Shown: positions 38,624 to 49,530, counted from the stretch's first letter. The stretch is DNA of 64,000 bases from an uncultured Mycoplasmatota bacterium (GCA_946639185.1 CAMPBR010000001.1:19550-83549), one strand, 5' to 3'. Notes: a model not told the origin generated them from the sequence alone. Translations and numbers: made by a program.

Positions 38624-39381
38624 TGAAAGTAAAAGTTTTAGCTAGTGGTTCTAAAGGTAATTCAACACTTATTAGAACTGATAAAATTAACTTATTAATC
38701 GATTGTGGAGTTACATATCAATACTTGGCTAGTGAATTAGAAAAAATAAATGTAACTCCTAAAGATTTAGATGCCATACTTATTACGCATACACATAGTG
38801 ACCATATTAAAGGATTATCTTCTCTTGTTAAAAAAACAGGTTTAAAAGTATTTATATTAGAAGAAATGCTTGATGAAATAAAATTGAAAATTCCTTACGA
38901 AAATATAAATTATTATACCAATCCTTTATACATTGATGATTTAAAAATTGAATTAATAAGAATATCACATGATGTAGAAGGTGTTGGTTTTATAATAGAA
39001 AATAATGATAGAAATCTAGTATATATAACTGATACTGGTTACATAAATAGAAAATATCTTCCTAAAATGAAGAATAAAAATGTTTATATAATAGAAAGTA
39101 ATCATGATGAAGAAATGCTTATGGAAGGCCCATATCCTTACATATTAAAACAACGTGTTATTAGTGATCATGGACATTTATCTAATACGACAACTGCTGG
39201 TTACTTAAGAGAAATAATTGGTGATAGAACAAGTACAATAGTACTTGCTCATATTAGTGAAAATAATAATACCGAAGAACTTGCTTATAATACTACTAAA
39301 GAAATGTTAGAAGAAAATAATTTAGAAAAAAAAGTAATAATAGCAAAACAATATGAATCTTTAGATGAAATAGAGGTTTAA
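38623..39381 (+). CDS. MBL-fold metallo-hydrolase (YycJ/WalJ-like)
   Basis: Contains the HTHSDH motif and is coupled through a TAATG overlap. Confidence 0.75.
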   Translation: MKVKVLASGSKGNSTLIRTDKINLLIDCGVTYQYLASELEKINVTPKDLDAILITHTHSDHIKGLSSLVKKTGLKVFILEEMLDEIKLKIPYENINYYTNPLYIDDLKIELIRISHDVEGVGFIIENNDRNLVYITDTGYINRKYLPKMKNKNVYIIESNHDEEMLMEGPYPYILKQRVISDHGHLSNTTTAGYLREIIGDRTSTIVLAHISENNNTEELAYNTTKEMLEENNLEKKVIIAKQYESLDEIEV

Positions 39382-39382
39382 T

Positions 39383-39838
39383 ATGATAAAAATAATAACT
39401 GTAGGAAAATTAAAAGAAAAGTATTTATGTGATGCTCAAGCTGAGTATTTAAAAAGATTATCTAAATATACAAAAATTGAATTAATAGAAGTAGAAGATT
39501 CAAAAATTGATGATATGAAACAAGCTCTTCTTGAAGAAAAAAATAATATTTTAAAACATATAAGTCCACGTGATTATGTAATTTCTTTAGAAATAGAAGG
39601 TAAACAGTTAACTTCTCCAGAATTAGCAGATAAGATTGATAAAACTTTTATTTCTAATAGTGATATAACTTTTATAATTGGTGGTTCATATGGAATGCAT
39701 GAAGAGATAAAAGCTAAATCAAATTTTAAATTATCTTTTTCAAAAATGACTTTTCCACATCAATTGTTTAGAATTCTTTTATTAGAACAAATCTTTAGAA
39801 GTTATAAAATATTAAATAATGAAAAGTATCATAAATAA
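39383..39838 (+). CDS. rlmH: 23S rRNA (pseudouridine1915-N3)-methyltransferase
   Basis: A SPOUT-family protein of 151 aa with the FIIGGSYG motif. Confidence 0.9.
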   Translation: MIKIITVGKLKEKYLCDAQAEYLKRLSKYTKIELIEVEDSKIDDMKQALLEEKNNILKHISPRDYVISLEIEGKQLTSPELADKIDKTFISNSDITFIIGGSYGMHEEIKAKSNFKLSFSKMTFPHQLFRILLLEQIFRSYKILNNEKYHK

Positions 39839-39851
39839 TGATACTTTTTTT
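39825..39851 (+). terminator. rho-independent terminator after rlmH
   Basis: AGTATCAT-AAATA-ATGATACT followed by a T-run. It overlaps the stop codon. Confidence 0.7.
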
Positions 39852-39881
39852 ATTTATTCATAAGATTAAATAGGTGATTAA

Positions 39882-41159
39882 ATGCTAATTATAACTAGAT
39901 TATTAACATTTGTATCAATAATTTTATTATTAGGTGGAGGAGTATATTTTAGTATTAAATTAAATTTTCCACAAACAAAGTGGAAAAAGATTATTAGAGG
40001 TTTTAATAAAGTGGAAAACAATTCGATATCTCCATTTAAAAGCTTAATGATGTCACTAGCTGCGAGAATAGGGGTAGGATCAATAGCGGGTGTGGCACTA
40101 GCAATATATTCAGGAGGAATAGGCACTATATTTTGGATCTGGATAACTGGTATAATATGTAGCGTAAATTCTTTTTGTGAAAGTTATTTAGCATCAAAAT
40201 ATCAAATTCGTGATGAAAATGGTTATAGAGGTGGACCTTTTTATTATATAGAATATGGCTTGAAGAAAAAGAAATTAGCTATTCTTTATGCATGTTTTAT
40301 AGTTATAGCATATATAGTAGGGTTTATGACAATTCAGGCAAATACTATAGTTATATCAGTAAGTAGTTATTGCCATATAAATATAACAATAGTAGCTATT
40401 GTTTTGGTAATAATATCATATCTATCAATTTCAAAAGGATTAAAGAGTATTATAAATATTACCAGTAAAATAGTACCAATAATTGGTATTGGTTATATTA
40501 CTTTGAGTTTAATTATAATTATTAAAAATATAGCATTAATACCAAATGTTTTTTTTAATATTATCACAAGTGCATTCAATTTAAAAAGTATAACAGCATC
40601 ATTTATACCTTGTTTAATAATAGGAATAATAAGGGGAGTATTTTCAACAGAAGCAGGATTAGGAACATCTTCAATAGCAACTTCAACTACATGTGCTGAA
40701 AATAAAGTTGAATTTGGACTATTACAAATTATAGGGATATACTTTACAGTATTTATTATTTGTACGTCAACAGCATTAATAATTATAACGTCTAATTATC
40801 AAAATTTAATTATTAATGATATAAATGGAATTGAACTCATGCAGTATGCTCTAAATTACCACTTAGGAAAATATGGTAGCATAGTTTTAATATTAGCAAT
40901 AATCTTTCTTGCATATTCAACAATAATAGCAGGTTATTACTATGGAGAAAGTAGTGTAAAATATTTGTGTAAATCCAAAAAAGTAATATGTCTACTAAAA
41001 ATTTTAACTATTATTTTTTTATATATTGGAAGTCTATTAAAATCAAGCTATTTATGGGAAATAGTAGATGTTTTGGTAGAAATATTGGCTATAACTAACA
41101 TGTATTCGTTACTAAAAATGCGAAGACAAATCATATTTGATTATAAAAAAGCAATGTAG
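39882..41159 (+). CDS. alanine/glycine:cation symporter (AGCS family)
   Basis: ISPFKSLMMSLAARIGVGSIAGVALAI..GG.G..FWIW matches the AGCS signature region. The protein is polytopic. Confidence 0.8.
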   Translation: MLIITRLLTFVSIILLLGGGVYFSIKLNFPQTKWKKIIRGFNKVENNSISPFKSLMMSLAARIGVGSIAGVALAIYSGGIGTIFWIWITGIICSVNSFCESYLASKYQIRDENGYRGGPFYYIEYGLKKKKLAILYACFIVIAYIVGFMTIQANTIVISVSSYCHINITIVAIVLVIISYLSISKGLKSIINITSKIVPIIGIGYITLSLIIIIKNIALIPNVFFNIITSAFNLKSITASFIPCLIIGIIRGVFSTEAGLGTSSIATSTTCAENKVEFGLLQIIGIYFTVFIICTSTALIIITSNYQNLIINDINGIELMQYALNYHLGKYGSIVLILAIIFLAYSTIIAGYYYGESSVKYLCKSKKVICLLKILTIIFLYIGSLLKSSYLWEIVDVLVEILAITNMYSLLKMRRQIIFDYKKAM

Positions 41160-41180
41160 TATAATTAAATAGGTGATTTT

Positions 41181-41843
41181 ATGCTAGGTAATGATTGGGA
41201 TATAATCTTAAAAGAAGAAATGAATAAAGATTATTTTAAAAAATTAATTGAATATATAAAAAAACAATATCAAGAAAAAATAATTTACCCAAAACAATCA
41301 GAAATATTTAAAGCCTTTAAAAATACTTCATATGAAGAAACTAAAGTAGTTATTCTAGGTCAAGATCCATATCATGGAGAAAATCAAGCTGAAGGCTTAT
41401 CTTTTTCTGTAAAAGTTGGGGTAGCCCAACCACCATCTTTAAAAAATATTTTTAAAGAACTTAACGATGATTTAGGATGTACTATTCCTAAAACTGGTAG
41501 TTTAGTAAAGTGGAGTGAAGAAGGAGTTCTATTATTAAACACAGTTTTAACAGTTGAAAAGGATAAACCTGCATCTCATAAAGATTTAGGTTGGGAAAAA
41601 TTTACAGATGAAGTAATTAGAAAATTAAATGAAAAAAATACCCCAGTAGTTTTTATATTATGGGGTAATTTTGCAAGAAGCAAGAAAGCTTTAATAACAA
41701 ATAAAAATCATTATGTTATAGAGTCAGCTCATCCATCACCATTTAGTGCTAGAAATGGATTTTTTGGTAGTAAACCATTTTCTAAAACAAATAAATTTTT
41801 AATAAAAAATAATTTAAAAGCAATAGATTGGCAAATAAAATAG
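41181..41843 (+). CDS. ung: uracil-DNA glycosylase
   Basis: Contains the family 1 motifs VVILGQDPYH and HPSPFSA. Confidence 0.93.
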   Translation: MLGNDWDIILKEEMNKDYFKKLIEYIKKQYQEKIIYPKQSEIFKAFKNTSYEETKVVILGQDPYHGENQAEGLSFSVKVGVAQPPSLKNIFKELNDDLGCTIPKTGSLVKWSEEGVLLLNTVLTVEKDKPASHKDLGWEKFTDEVIRKLNEKNTPVVFILWGNFARSKKALITNKNHYVIESAHPSPFSARNGFFGSKPFSKTNKFLIKNNLKAIDWQIK

Positions 41844-41851
41844 AACCAAGA

Positions 41852-42418
41852 TTATTCTTGGTTCTTATTTTCTTTTAATATTTCTAGTGTTTCAATTTTT
41901 TCTTCTTTAAAGAAATCCAGTACTTTATATTTATTAATTTTAGCTACAATATTAGATGGGAAACATTTAACTAAATTATTAAATAATACTACATTATCAT
42001 TATAATATTTCTTACTTGCATTTAAATCGTTATCAATATTTAATAATTCTTCATTAATACCTTTTAATGCATCTAAATTAGAAAGATTAGTATCAAGATC
42101 AAGTAAACTCTTATAATCTCTAAAACCAAGCATTAATTCATGATTAAGTTCAAATCTACTAATAGTTTGATTCTTAATTTTTGTAAGATTATCTAACATA
42201 ATTTCTTCTTTATATTGCTCGTTATTTTCTTTAATAACATTAACAGCCCTTTCAAGTAAATTTGCTTTCTTTTCAAATAAAATATCCATACTATTAAAAG
42301 CTTCACTAATCTTCGTGTTCAGTATTTGAAATTTATTATAATTATTAATTTCAAACATAATAAATATAACTAATAACGCAACTAATCCAACTATTAAATA
42401 GTATATTAACATATTCAT
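41852..42418 (-). CDS. LemA-family protein (putative)
   Basis: An N-terminal TM segment followed by a coiled region with YN.F......EA.....L.E pattern. The assignment is weak. Confidence 0.45.
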   Translation of the reverse strand: MNMLIYYLIVGLVALLVIFIMFEINNYNKFQILNTKISEAFNSMDILFEKKANLLERAVNVIKENNEQYKEEIMLDNLTKIKNQTISRFELNHELMLGFRDYKSLLDLDTNLSNLDALKGINEELLNIDNDLNASKKYYNDNVVLFNNLVKCFPSNIVAKINKYKVLDFFKEEKIETLEILKENKNQE

Positions 42419-42480
42419 TTATATTCACCTTCTTATTATATTCATTTTATCATAAAGAAAGTAATAATACAAATAAAAAA

Positions 42481-44442
42481 CTATTCTAAAGTTGTTTTAT
42501 TATTATCCATAATTTCATCAAATACAGGATCAGTATTACTTGGTTCTGTTCCCCTAACATAATACATAATTCTTTTCTTTTCATCATATTCATTAGCTGG
42601 TTTTCCAGTAATAGGATTGACTAATACTCCAACAACATTATTTGGTTGTTTATACCAACTATCTTCATGATCTTTTAGATAATTTTCCATACAATCTACC
42701 CAGATATATCGAGAATATTTATAATCAGAAACTTCAAGAGGAGTATTATCATCATAACCAATCCAGACAGCTGTAACTAATTCTTTATTATAACCAATGC
42801 TCCAGTGATCAGTATCAGTAGTACCGCTTTTTAAAGCAAGTTTATGCTTAATTTTAGCACTTATTCCAATAGCAGTAGGATAGTTATAATCAATAAAATT
42901 AGAATCATATGTAGTAGTAAGTAAATCACTTAGAATATAAGTTAAGCTTTTATTTAGTATATTTTCTTTTTTTAACTTCTTTTCATATAAAACACGTCCA
43001 TTTAAATCTTCTACTTTAGAAATTAAATAACCATTAACTTTATAGCCTTGATTGGCTAGTGCTGAATAACCAGCAGCCATTTCAATTATATTAATACTAG
43101 CAGTACCTAGAGGCAAAGATGGAACGGGATCAAGTTTAGCAGTTATACCAACACGTCGAGCTATATCAACTAAAGCATCTTCTCCTAAAAACATATGAGT
43201 TTTAACGGCATATATATTATCAGAATAACTAATAGCTGTAGCTAAAGAAATAGGTCTATTACCATAAAGTTTTCCACTGTTTTGTGGAGAATATGTTTTA
43301 TTATTTGAGAAAGTAAAAGTAGTTTCTTCACTTTTAAAAGTAGTAGAAGCAGTAAAACCATTTTCTAAAGCAGCGTAATATAAAAATGGTTTCATAGTAG
43401 AACCCACTTGTCTTTCTGATTGATAAGCACGATTATATTGACTAGTATTATAATCTCTTCCACCAGCTAGAGCTATTATTTTACCAGTAGTAGGCTCCAT
43501 CATAACACTAGCTACCTGCAAGTTCTTAGAAGTATCTAGATTGTTTTTAATACTATTTTCTAAAATGTTTTGACTATTCATATCTAAATTAGTATATATT
43601 CTAATTCCACCTGTGGTTAGATATGTTTCAGGAATACTATTAATAGTTTTTAGTTCCCTCATAACTGCATCTTGATAATACATAACAGTAGATAGATTAA
43701 TTTTATCCTGTTTACCAATAATTTTTATTTCTTCACTTAATGCATTATTATATTCATCATAACTTATTTTTTTATTCTTATATAGATTATAAAGAATATG
43801 TTCTTGCCTTTTCTTCGCAATATCGTAATTTACAAGTGGTGAATAATTACTAGGGGATTTTGGTATTCCAACAAGCATAGCTGCTTCTGCTAAAGTTAAA
43901 TCACAACTATCCTTATCAAAATAAAAATGGCTGGCATTTTCTATTCCATACATTCCATGTCCATAATTAATAGTATTTAGGTATCCTTCTAATATTTCAT
44001 TTTTACTATATCCAACCTCTAATTTTAAAGTAAGCCACATTTCTTTAATTTTTCTTTCCCAAGTTTTATCAAAAGCTAAAAATAAATTCTTAGCATATTG
44101 TTGCGTAATAGTGGAGGCTCCTTGTTTAGTAGATTTAGAACTAATATTAACATATATAGCTTTAACTATTCTTAAAGGATCAAATCCAAAGTGTTTATAA
44201 AAATTTTTATCTTCTGTATTAATAGTAGCGATTCTAACATAATTACTAATATTATCTAAACTAACCCATTCTTGTGAACCACTTCCTTGAAAGAATAAAT
44301 TATTATTGTTATCATACATTAAAAAAGCATTAGCAGATTTTATTTCTAATTTAGGACTCATTTTAATATATGTAATTAAAAAAGTAAAACCAACAATAAT
44401 TAGTATAGTAATAAACAAGAATATTTTAATAAACTTTCTCAT
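42481..44442 (-). CDS. class A penicillin-binding protein (transglycosylase/transpeptidase)
   Basis: Contains the GT51 motifs EDKNFYKHFGFD and GASTITQQ, and the transpeptidase motifs STMKP, SDN and KSGTT. The ATG at 44442 follows AGGTGA. Confidence 0.9.
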   Translation of the reverse strand: MRKFIKIFLFITILIIVGFTFLITYIKMSPKLEIKSANAFLMYDNNNNLFFQGSGSQEWVSLDNISNYVRIATINTEDKNFYKHFGFDPLRIVKAIYVNISSKSTKQGASTITQQYAKNLFLAFDKTWERKIKEMWLTLKLEVGYSKNEILEGYLNTINYGHGMYGIENASHFYFDKDSCDLTLAEAAMLVGIPKSPSNYSPLVNYDIAKKRQEHILYNLYKNKKISYDEYNNALSEEIKIIGKQDKINLSTVMYYQDAVMRELKTINSIPETYLTTGGIRIYTNLDMNSQNILENSIKNNLDTSKNLQVASVMMEPTTGKIIALAGGRDYNTSQYNRAYQSERQVGSTMKPFLYYAALENGFTASTTFKSEETTFTFSNNKTYSPQNSGKLYGNRPISLATAISYSDNIYAVKTHMFLGEDALVDIARRVGITAKLDPVPSLPLGTASINIIEMAAGYSALANQGYKVNGYLISKVEDLNGRVLYEKKLKKENILNKSLTYILSDLLTTTYDSNFIDYNYPTAIGISAKIKHKLALKSGTTDTDHWSIGYNKELVTAVWIGYDDNTPLEVSDYKYSRYIWVDCMENYLKDHEDSWYKQPNNVVGVLVNPITGKPANEYDEKKRIMYYVRGTEPSNTDPVFDEIMDNNKTTLE

Positions 44443-44555
44443 ACAATTCACCTAATCTTATTATGAAAAAATTTAAAATAAATATGTATTATAAAAAATA
44501 GATTTGAATTTTAATAATTATGTGTTATAATCTAACGTAGAAATTCGGTGATATT

Positions 44556-44924
44556 ATGAAAAAAGAAAAATTTCATATTTTATTAATAACCAATGATATA
44601 AAAGATGAATATAATCTATTAGGTAGTTATGATAAAAAAGAAAATTTAATAGAGTTTTATGAAACTAATAAATTACGAAGTAAAATAACTATTGATTTAA
44701 ATAAACATATTTTAAGTAAAGAAAATATTGACTATAAAATAATACTAGATTTAGATACTTCTAAAGAAACAAATGGCGAAGTATTTTTAAATAAAGAAAA
44801 TGGTTCAATTAGATTAAAAATAAAGACTAATACTTTTGATTTAACTAATAATAAATTAACTATGAAATATACTATCTTAGATAGTAAAGAAGAAATAATA
44901 TATGAAATAGAAATGGGTGAATAA
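44556..44924 (+). CDS. DUF1934 (YwiB-like) beta-barrel protein (putative)
   Basis: A 122-aa protein immediately upstream of and coupled to argS, as in other Firmicutes. The call rests on context. Confidence 0.45.
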   Translation: MKKEKFHILLITNDIKDEYNLLGSYDKKENLIEFYETNKLRSKITIDLNKHILSKENIDYKIILDLDTSKETNGEVFLNKENGSIRLKIKTNTFDLTNNKLTMKYTILDSKEEIIYEIEMGE

Positions 44925-44925
44925 A

Positions 44926-46671
44926 ATGAGTATTATTAAACAAGTAGAAGAATTAATAAAAAAACATATAACTGATGCTGGATATGAAGTAGATAAAGTT
45001 ATTTTAGTTCCATCTAGTAGAAAAGAATTAGGTGAATACCAAGTAAATAATGGATTTGCTTTAGCTAAAGTTTATCACACTAGTCCAATGGAAATAGCTA
45101 ATAAAATTAAAGATGAATTAGATAAAGATGATAACTTTGTTAATGTTAATGTAGCTGGTGGATTTGTTAATATTAGCTTTAGTGATAAATTCTATATTGA
45201 AAATATGAATAATATTTTATCTGATATTAATAATAATATTGATAAAGAAGAGAAAAGAAAAATATTCATGGATTATGGTGGAGCAAACATTGCCAAAACA
45301 CTACATGTAGGACACTTACGTAGTGCTGATATTGGTGAAGCTGTTAAAAGATTAGCTGTTTTACTTGGATTAGAAGTAACTGCTGATGTTCACTTTGGAG
45401 ATATTGGGCGTCAATCAGGAATGGTTATTTATGAAATGAAACAAAGATACCCAGATTTAGATTATTTTAAAGAAGATTTTTCTGGTAGCGGTGATCCACT
45501 TCCTATAACAGTATCTGACTTACAGGAAATTTATCCTGTAGCTTCAACAAAAGCTAAGGAAGATGAAGCTATTATGGAAGAAGTAAGAAAAATAACTATT
45601 GAAATAGAGCAAGGCAATGAGCGATATGTCAAATTATGGAATAAAATAAAAGAATTATCTATTAAAGATATTAAAGGAATTTATGATAGATTAAATACAT
45701 CATTTGATTTATATGAAGGGGAAACAGATTGTTATCCATATATTCCAGAAACAATCGATTTATTAAAGAAAAAAAATTTATTATATGAAAGCGAAGGCGC
45801 TATGGTTGTTGATGTTAAAGAAGATACAGATCAAGAACCAATGCCACCATTAGTAGTATTAAAAGCCAATGGAGGAACAGTTTATCAAACTCGTGAACTT
45901 GCAACTATTTTATCAAGAATGAAGAGATTTAATCCTGATGAAATATGGTATTTCACGGATAATAGACAAGAATTATATTTTAAACAAGTATTCCGTGTAG
46001 CTAGAAAAGGAGAATTAGTAAATCCTGATACTGAACTTAAATTCTTTGGATTTGGTACAATGAATGGCACTGATGGAAAACCATTTAAGACACGTGCTGG
46101 TGGAGTAATGAATCTTGTTGATTTAATGAATATGGTTAAAGAGCTAACAGCATCTAAAATTAGTGTTGACTTAGTAGCAGAAGAAAATAGAGAAAAAACA
46201 AGTGAACAAATAGCTATAGCTGCTTTAAAATATGCAGATTTATTACCAGATAGAAGTAAAGACTTTATATTTGATACAAGTAAATTTGCCGATCTAGAAG
46301 GAAAAACAGGACCATATATCTTATATTCAACAGTAAGAATTAATTCTCTTTTAGAAAAAGCTAATGTAGATACAACTAATTTAAAAATAAAAGAAATATC
46401 TAACGATGAAGCATTTAAAGATGTATTAAAAACTATTTTAGAAATGCCTACGGTATTAACTAAAGCATTATCTGATAAATCATTAAATGGTATAAGTGAT
46501 TACTTATATAGATTAACTAGTTCATATAATAGATTCTATGCTAATAATCATATTTTAAGCTTAGAAAATGAAAGTTTAAAAGAATCATATCTAGCTTTAT
46601 CTAAACTAGTTTATAATATAAATAAATTACTTTTAGATACATTAGCAATTGATTTACCAGAAAAAATGTAA
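44926..46671 (+). CDS. argS: arginine--tRNA ligase
   Basis: Contains a class I HIGH-type motif (LHVGHLRS) and is about 580 aa. The ATG at 44926 follows GGGTGA. Confidence 0.9.
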   Translation: MSIIKQVEELIKKHITDAGYEVDKVILVPSSRKELGEYQVNNGFALAKVYHTSPMEIANKIKDELDKDDNFVNVNVAGGFVNISFSDKFYIENMNNILSDINNNIDKEEKRKIFMDYGGANIAKTLHVGHLRSADIGEAVKRLAVLLGLEVTADVHFGDIGRQSGMVIYEMKQRYPDLDYFKEDFSGSGDPLPITVSDLQEIYPVASTKAKEDEAIMEEVRKITIEIEQGNERYVKLWNKIKELSIKDIKGIYDRLNTSFDLYEGETDCYPYIPETIDLLKKKNLLYESEGAMVVDVKEDTDQEPMPPLVVLKANGGTVYQTRELATILSRMKRFNPDEIWYFTDNRQELYFKQVFRVARKGELVNPDTELKFFGFGTMNGTDGKPFKTRAGGVMNLVDLMNMVKELTASKISVDLVAEENREKTSEQIAIAALKYADLLPDRSKDFIFDTSKFADLEGKTGPYILYSTVRINSLLEKANVDTTNLKIKEISNDEAFKDVLKTILEMPTVLTKALSDKSLNGISDYLYRLTSSYNRFYANNHILSLENESLKESYLALSKLVYNINKLLLDTLAIDLPEKM

Positions 46672-46749
46672 ATATTAGTATTGCATTTTAATAAGAATAA
46701 TGGTATAAGTTTTATTGACATAAATTTAATTGATTTTTGGAGGAATTTT

Positions 46750-47181
46750 ATGAGTATAAAAAAAATGACTAAAGATGAATTAGAATTATTATCACATAAA
46801 GATATAACTAATTTATTATTAGAAGAAAAAGGTAAACAAAATACAGCTGATTTATTTAATAAAATTATTAATTTATTAGAATTACCAACTTCTACATTTG
46901 ATCAAAAAATAGGGGATTATTACACATCTTTAACTACTGATAAAAGATTTATATTATTAGAAGATGGAAAATGGGATTTAAGAAGTAGATATACATCTGA
47001 TAAAGTAATTAAAGTTGAAGAAGAGGAAGAAGAAGAGGAAGAAGAAGAGGAAGAAGTTGAAGAAGAAACTTCTGACTATGATAGTATAGCTAATGATGAT
47101 GATGAATCTGATTTAGATGATGATGACGATGATTTAAAAGACCTAGTAGTACTTGACGAAGATGAAATGGATTCTGAATAA
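46750..47181 (+). CDS. rpoE: RNA polymerase delta subunit
   Basis: Contains a HARE-HTH-like N-terminal domain and a long D/E tail (EEEEEEEEEEEEVEEE...DDDDD). The ATG at 46750 follows GGAGG. Confidence 0.85.
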   Translation: MSIKKMTKDELELLSHKDITNLLLEEKGKQNTADLFNKIINLLELPTSTFDQKIGDYYTSLTTDKRFILLEDGKWDLRSRYTSDKVIKVEEEEEEEEEEEEEVEEETSDYDSIANDDDESDLDDDDDDLKDLVVLDEDEMDSE

Positions 47182-47243
47182 TAAATAATGAGTTTAACTC
47201 ATTATTTTTTTTGTTTTATGATATAATTTTGGTAGGTGATTAT

Positions 47244-48200
47244 ATGAAACTTTTAGAAGAAGTAAAAAAATATCCAAAAAAGAAAATAATTTTACCAGAA
47301 GGAAACGATGAAAGAATATTAACATCAGCTAGTTATGTATTAGAAAATGACTTAGTAGATATTGTGTTAATTGGTAACAAAGAAGAAGTTATAAATAGGT
47401 ATCCAATTTTAGAAAAAGCAGAATGGGTTAATCCAAAAGAAAATACTGAATATTATATTGAAAAATTATATAACTTAAGAAAAGAAAAAGGATTAAGTAA
47501 AGAAGAAGCTAAGAATTTAATAGAAAATAATTATATGTATTTAGCTTGTTTATTAGTATTAGATAAAAAAGCAGATGGTATAGTAAGTGGAACATGTCAT
47601 TCTACTAGTGATACTTTAAGACCAGCTTTACAGTTAATAAAAGGAAAAACTGACTTAGTATCATCATTCTTTATCATGGAAAAAGAAGATAACATTTTGT
47701 TATTTGCTGATTGTGGTTTAAATCAAAATCCAAGTAGTGAAGAGTTAGCTATTATTGGAAGTGATTCTATAAAGAGTTATGAACAATTAGTTGGGGATAA
47801 CCCAAAAGTAGCTTATTTATCTTATTCAACTTATGGAAGTAGTTCACATGAAATGGTGGAAAAAGTTAAAAAGGCATCTGAAATAGCTAAAAATAATAAT
47901 CCTAATTATTTAATAGACGGTGAATTACAGTTAGATAGTGCGATAATTCCAGAAGTAGCTAATATTAAATGTCCAAGTAGTCCTTTAAAAGGAGAAGCTA
48001 ATATATTAATATTTCCAGATTTAAATAGTGGTAATATTGGCTATAAATTATTAGAAAGATTTGGTGGATTTAAAGCCTATGGTCCACTTACTCAAGGATT
48101 AAATTATCCAGTAAATGATTTATCAAGAGGATCAAGTGTAGAAGATATAATTGGAGTTATCATAATAACATCTTTGCAAGCAACAAAAAGTATGATATAA
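47244..48200 (+). CDS. pta: phosphate acetyltransferase
   Basis: Contains ILPEGNDERIL and PTA_PTB motifs (ADGIVSG, DCGLN). The ATG at 47244 follows AGGTGATTAT. Confidence 0.9.
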   Translation: MKLLEEVKKYPKKKIILPEGNDERILTSASYVLENDLVDIVLIGNKEEVINRYPILEKAEWVNPKENTEYYIEKLYNLRKEKGLSKEEAKNLIENNYMYLACLLVLDKKADGIVSGTCHSTSDTLRPALQLIKGKTDLVSSFFIMEKEDNILLFADCGLNQNPSSEELAIIGSDSIKSYEQLVGDNPKVAYLSYSTYGSSSHEMVEKVKKASEIAKNNNPNYLIDGELQLDSAIIPEVANIKCPSSPLKGEANILIFPDLNSGNIGYKLLERFGGFKAYGPLTQGLNYPVNDLSRGSSVEDIIGVIIITSLQATKSMI

Positions 48201-48245
48201 TACACATGCATTGACGAGATTATAATATAAAAAAGGAATGATTTT

Positions 48246-49310
48246 ATGATAGAAAGATTAAATGCTATAGAAGAAAGATATAGAAAACTACAAGAAGAGT
48301 TGTCTAATCCTGAAATATATAGTGATATGGAAAAAATGAAAAGCTTATCTAAAGAATCTAGTGATCTTGAAGAAACAGTAACTACTTATGAACGTTATAA
48401 AACAGTTTTAAAGAATATAGCTGATGATAAAGAAATGGTTAAAGATCCAGATATGGGAGAATTAGCTAAAGAAGAATTAGTTACGTTAGAAGAAGAAAAA
48501 GAAAAATTAGAAGAAAGATTAGAAGTTTTATTAATTCCAAAAGATCCTAACGATGGTAAAAACGTTATCGTTGAAATTAGAGGAGCTGCTGGTGGAGATG
48601 AAGCTAATATCTTTGCTGGAGACTTATATAGAATGTATTCAAGATATGCTGAAAAACAAGGATATAAGACAGAAATAATCGACTTAGAAGAAGGAACAGC
48701 TGGAGGATTCTCTCAAATTGAATTCATGGTTAAAGGTGATGGGGCATATTCTAAATTAAAATATGAAAGTGGTTCTCATCGTGTACAAAGAGTTCCTGAA
48801 ACTGAATCTCAAGGAAGAATTCAAACTTCTACTGCTACAGTACTTGTTATGCCAGAAGTAGAAGATGTATCAATTGAAATTAATCCTAATGATTTAAGAA
48901 TAGACGTATACTGTGCTAGTGGACATGGTGGACAAGGAGTTAATACCACTCCATCTGCTGTACGTATTACGCACTTACCTACAAATACAGTTGTTACTTG
49001 TCAAAATGAACGTAGTCAAATTCAAAATAAAGAACAAGCTATGAAAGTATTAAGAGCTAGACTTTTTGAAGCAAAACAACGTGAACAAGATGAAAAACTA
49101 GGTAGTGAAAGAAAAGGTAAAATTGGTACTGGAGATAGAGCTGAAAAAATAAGAACATATAACTATCCACAAAACAGAGTAACTGATCATAGAATTGGTT
49201 ATACTACAAACAACTTAGACAGAGTAATGGATGGAGCATTAGATGATATAATTGAAGCTTTAATCACTGAAGATATTAAATTAAAGCTTAAAGGTGAAGA
49301 AAGTGAATAA
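48246..49310 (+). CDS. prfA: peptide chain release factor 1
   Basis: Contains the codon-recognition region, a GGQ motif (SGHGGQGVN), and sits upstream of prmC. Confidence 0.95.
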   Translation: MIERLNAIEERYRKLQEELSNPEIYSDMEKMKSLSKESSDLEETVTTYERYKTVLKNIADDKEMVKDPDMGELAKEELVTLEEEKEKLEERLEVLLIPKDPNDGKNVIVEIRGAAGGDEANIFAGDLYRMYSRYAEKQGYKTEIIDLEEGTAGGFSQIEFMVKGDGAYSKLKYESGSHRVQRVPETESQGRIQTSTATVLVMPEVEDVSIEINPNDLRIDVYCASGHGGQGVNTTPSAVRITHLPTNTVVTCQNERSQIQNKEQAMKVLRARLFEAKQREQDEKLGSERKGKIGTGDRAEKIRTYNYPQNRVTDHRIGYTTNNLDRVMDGALDDIIEALITEDIKLKLKGEESE

Positions 49311-49530
49311 AGCCTACACAATTTGCTTAAATTGTGGTAAGGTTCAAGTAAGAACAGATATACTTGAAAACTTAAATGATACTTATATAATATTAGATAA
49401 AAAAATAAAGTGTCCTAAATGTAGTAAATCAACAAAACATGCTGCTACTAAGAATATAAAGACACTAAGTAAAAAAATAAATAAAGAAAATAAAAGAGAT
49501 AGACAAATATTAAATTTAATAGGAAGGTAA
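49303..49530 (+). CDS. small basic zinc-ribbon protein, function unknown
   Basis: Contains CLNCG...CPKCS (a C4 ribbon) and a lysine-rich tail. It overlaps the prfA stop and ends 4 nt before prmC. The start is either GTG 49303 (5 nt after AGGTGA) or GTG 49294. Confidence 0.5.
   Translation: MNKAYTICLNCGKVQVRTDILENLNDTYIILDKKIKCPKCSKSTKHAATKNIKTLSKKINKENKRDRQILNLIGR

Noticed and set aside
39868-39889. A shared 5' junction TTAAATAGGTGATT(AA/TT)ATGCTA before both the AGCS transporter (39868-) and ung (41167-), considered as a possible insertion scar.
   Set aside because: Most of the match is the genome's generic RBS context plus ATG. The remaining identity is short and AT-rich, so the evidence is insufficient.
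47015-47075. A GAA/GAG trinucleotide-rich tract, considered as a possible microsatellite.
   Set aside because: It encodes the poly-Glu part of the acidic C-terminal tail typical of the RNA polymerase delta subunit.
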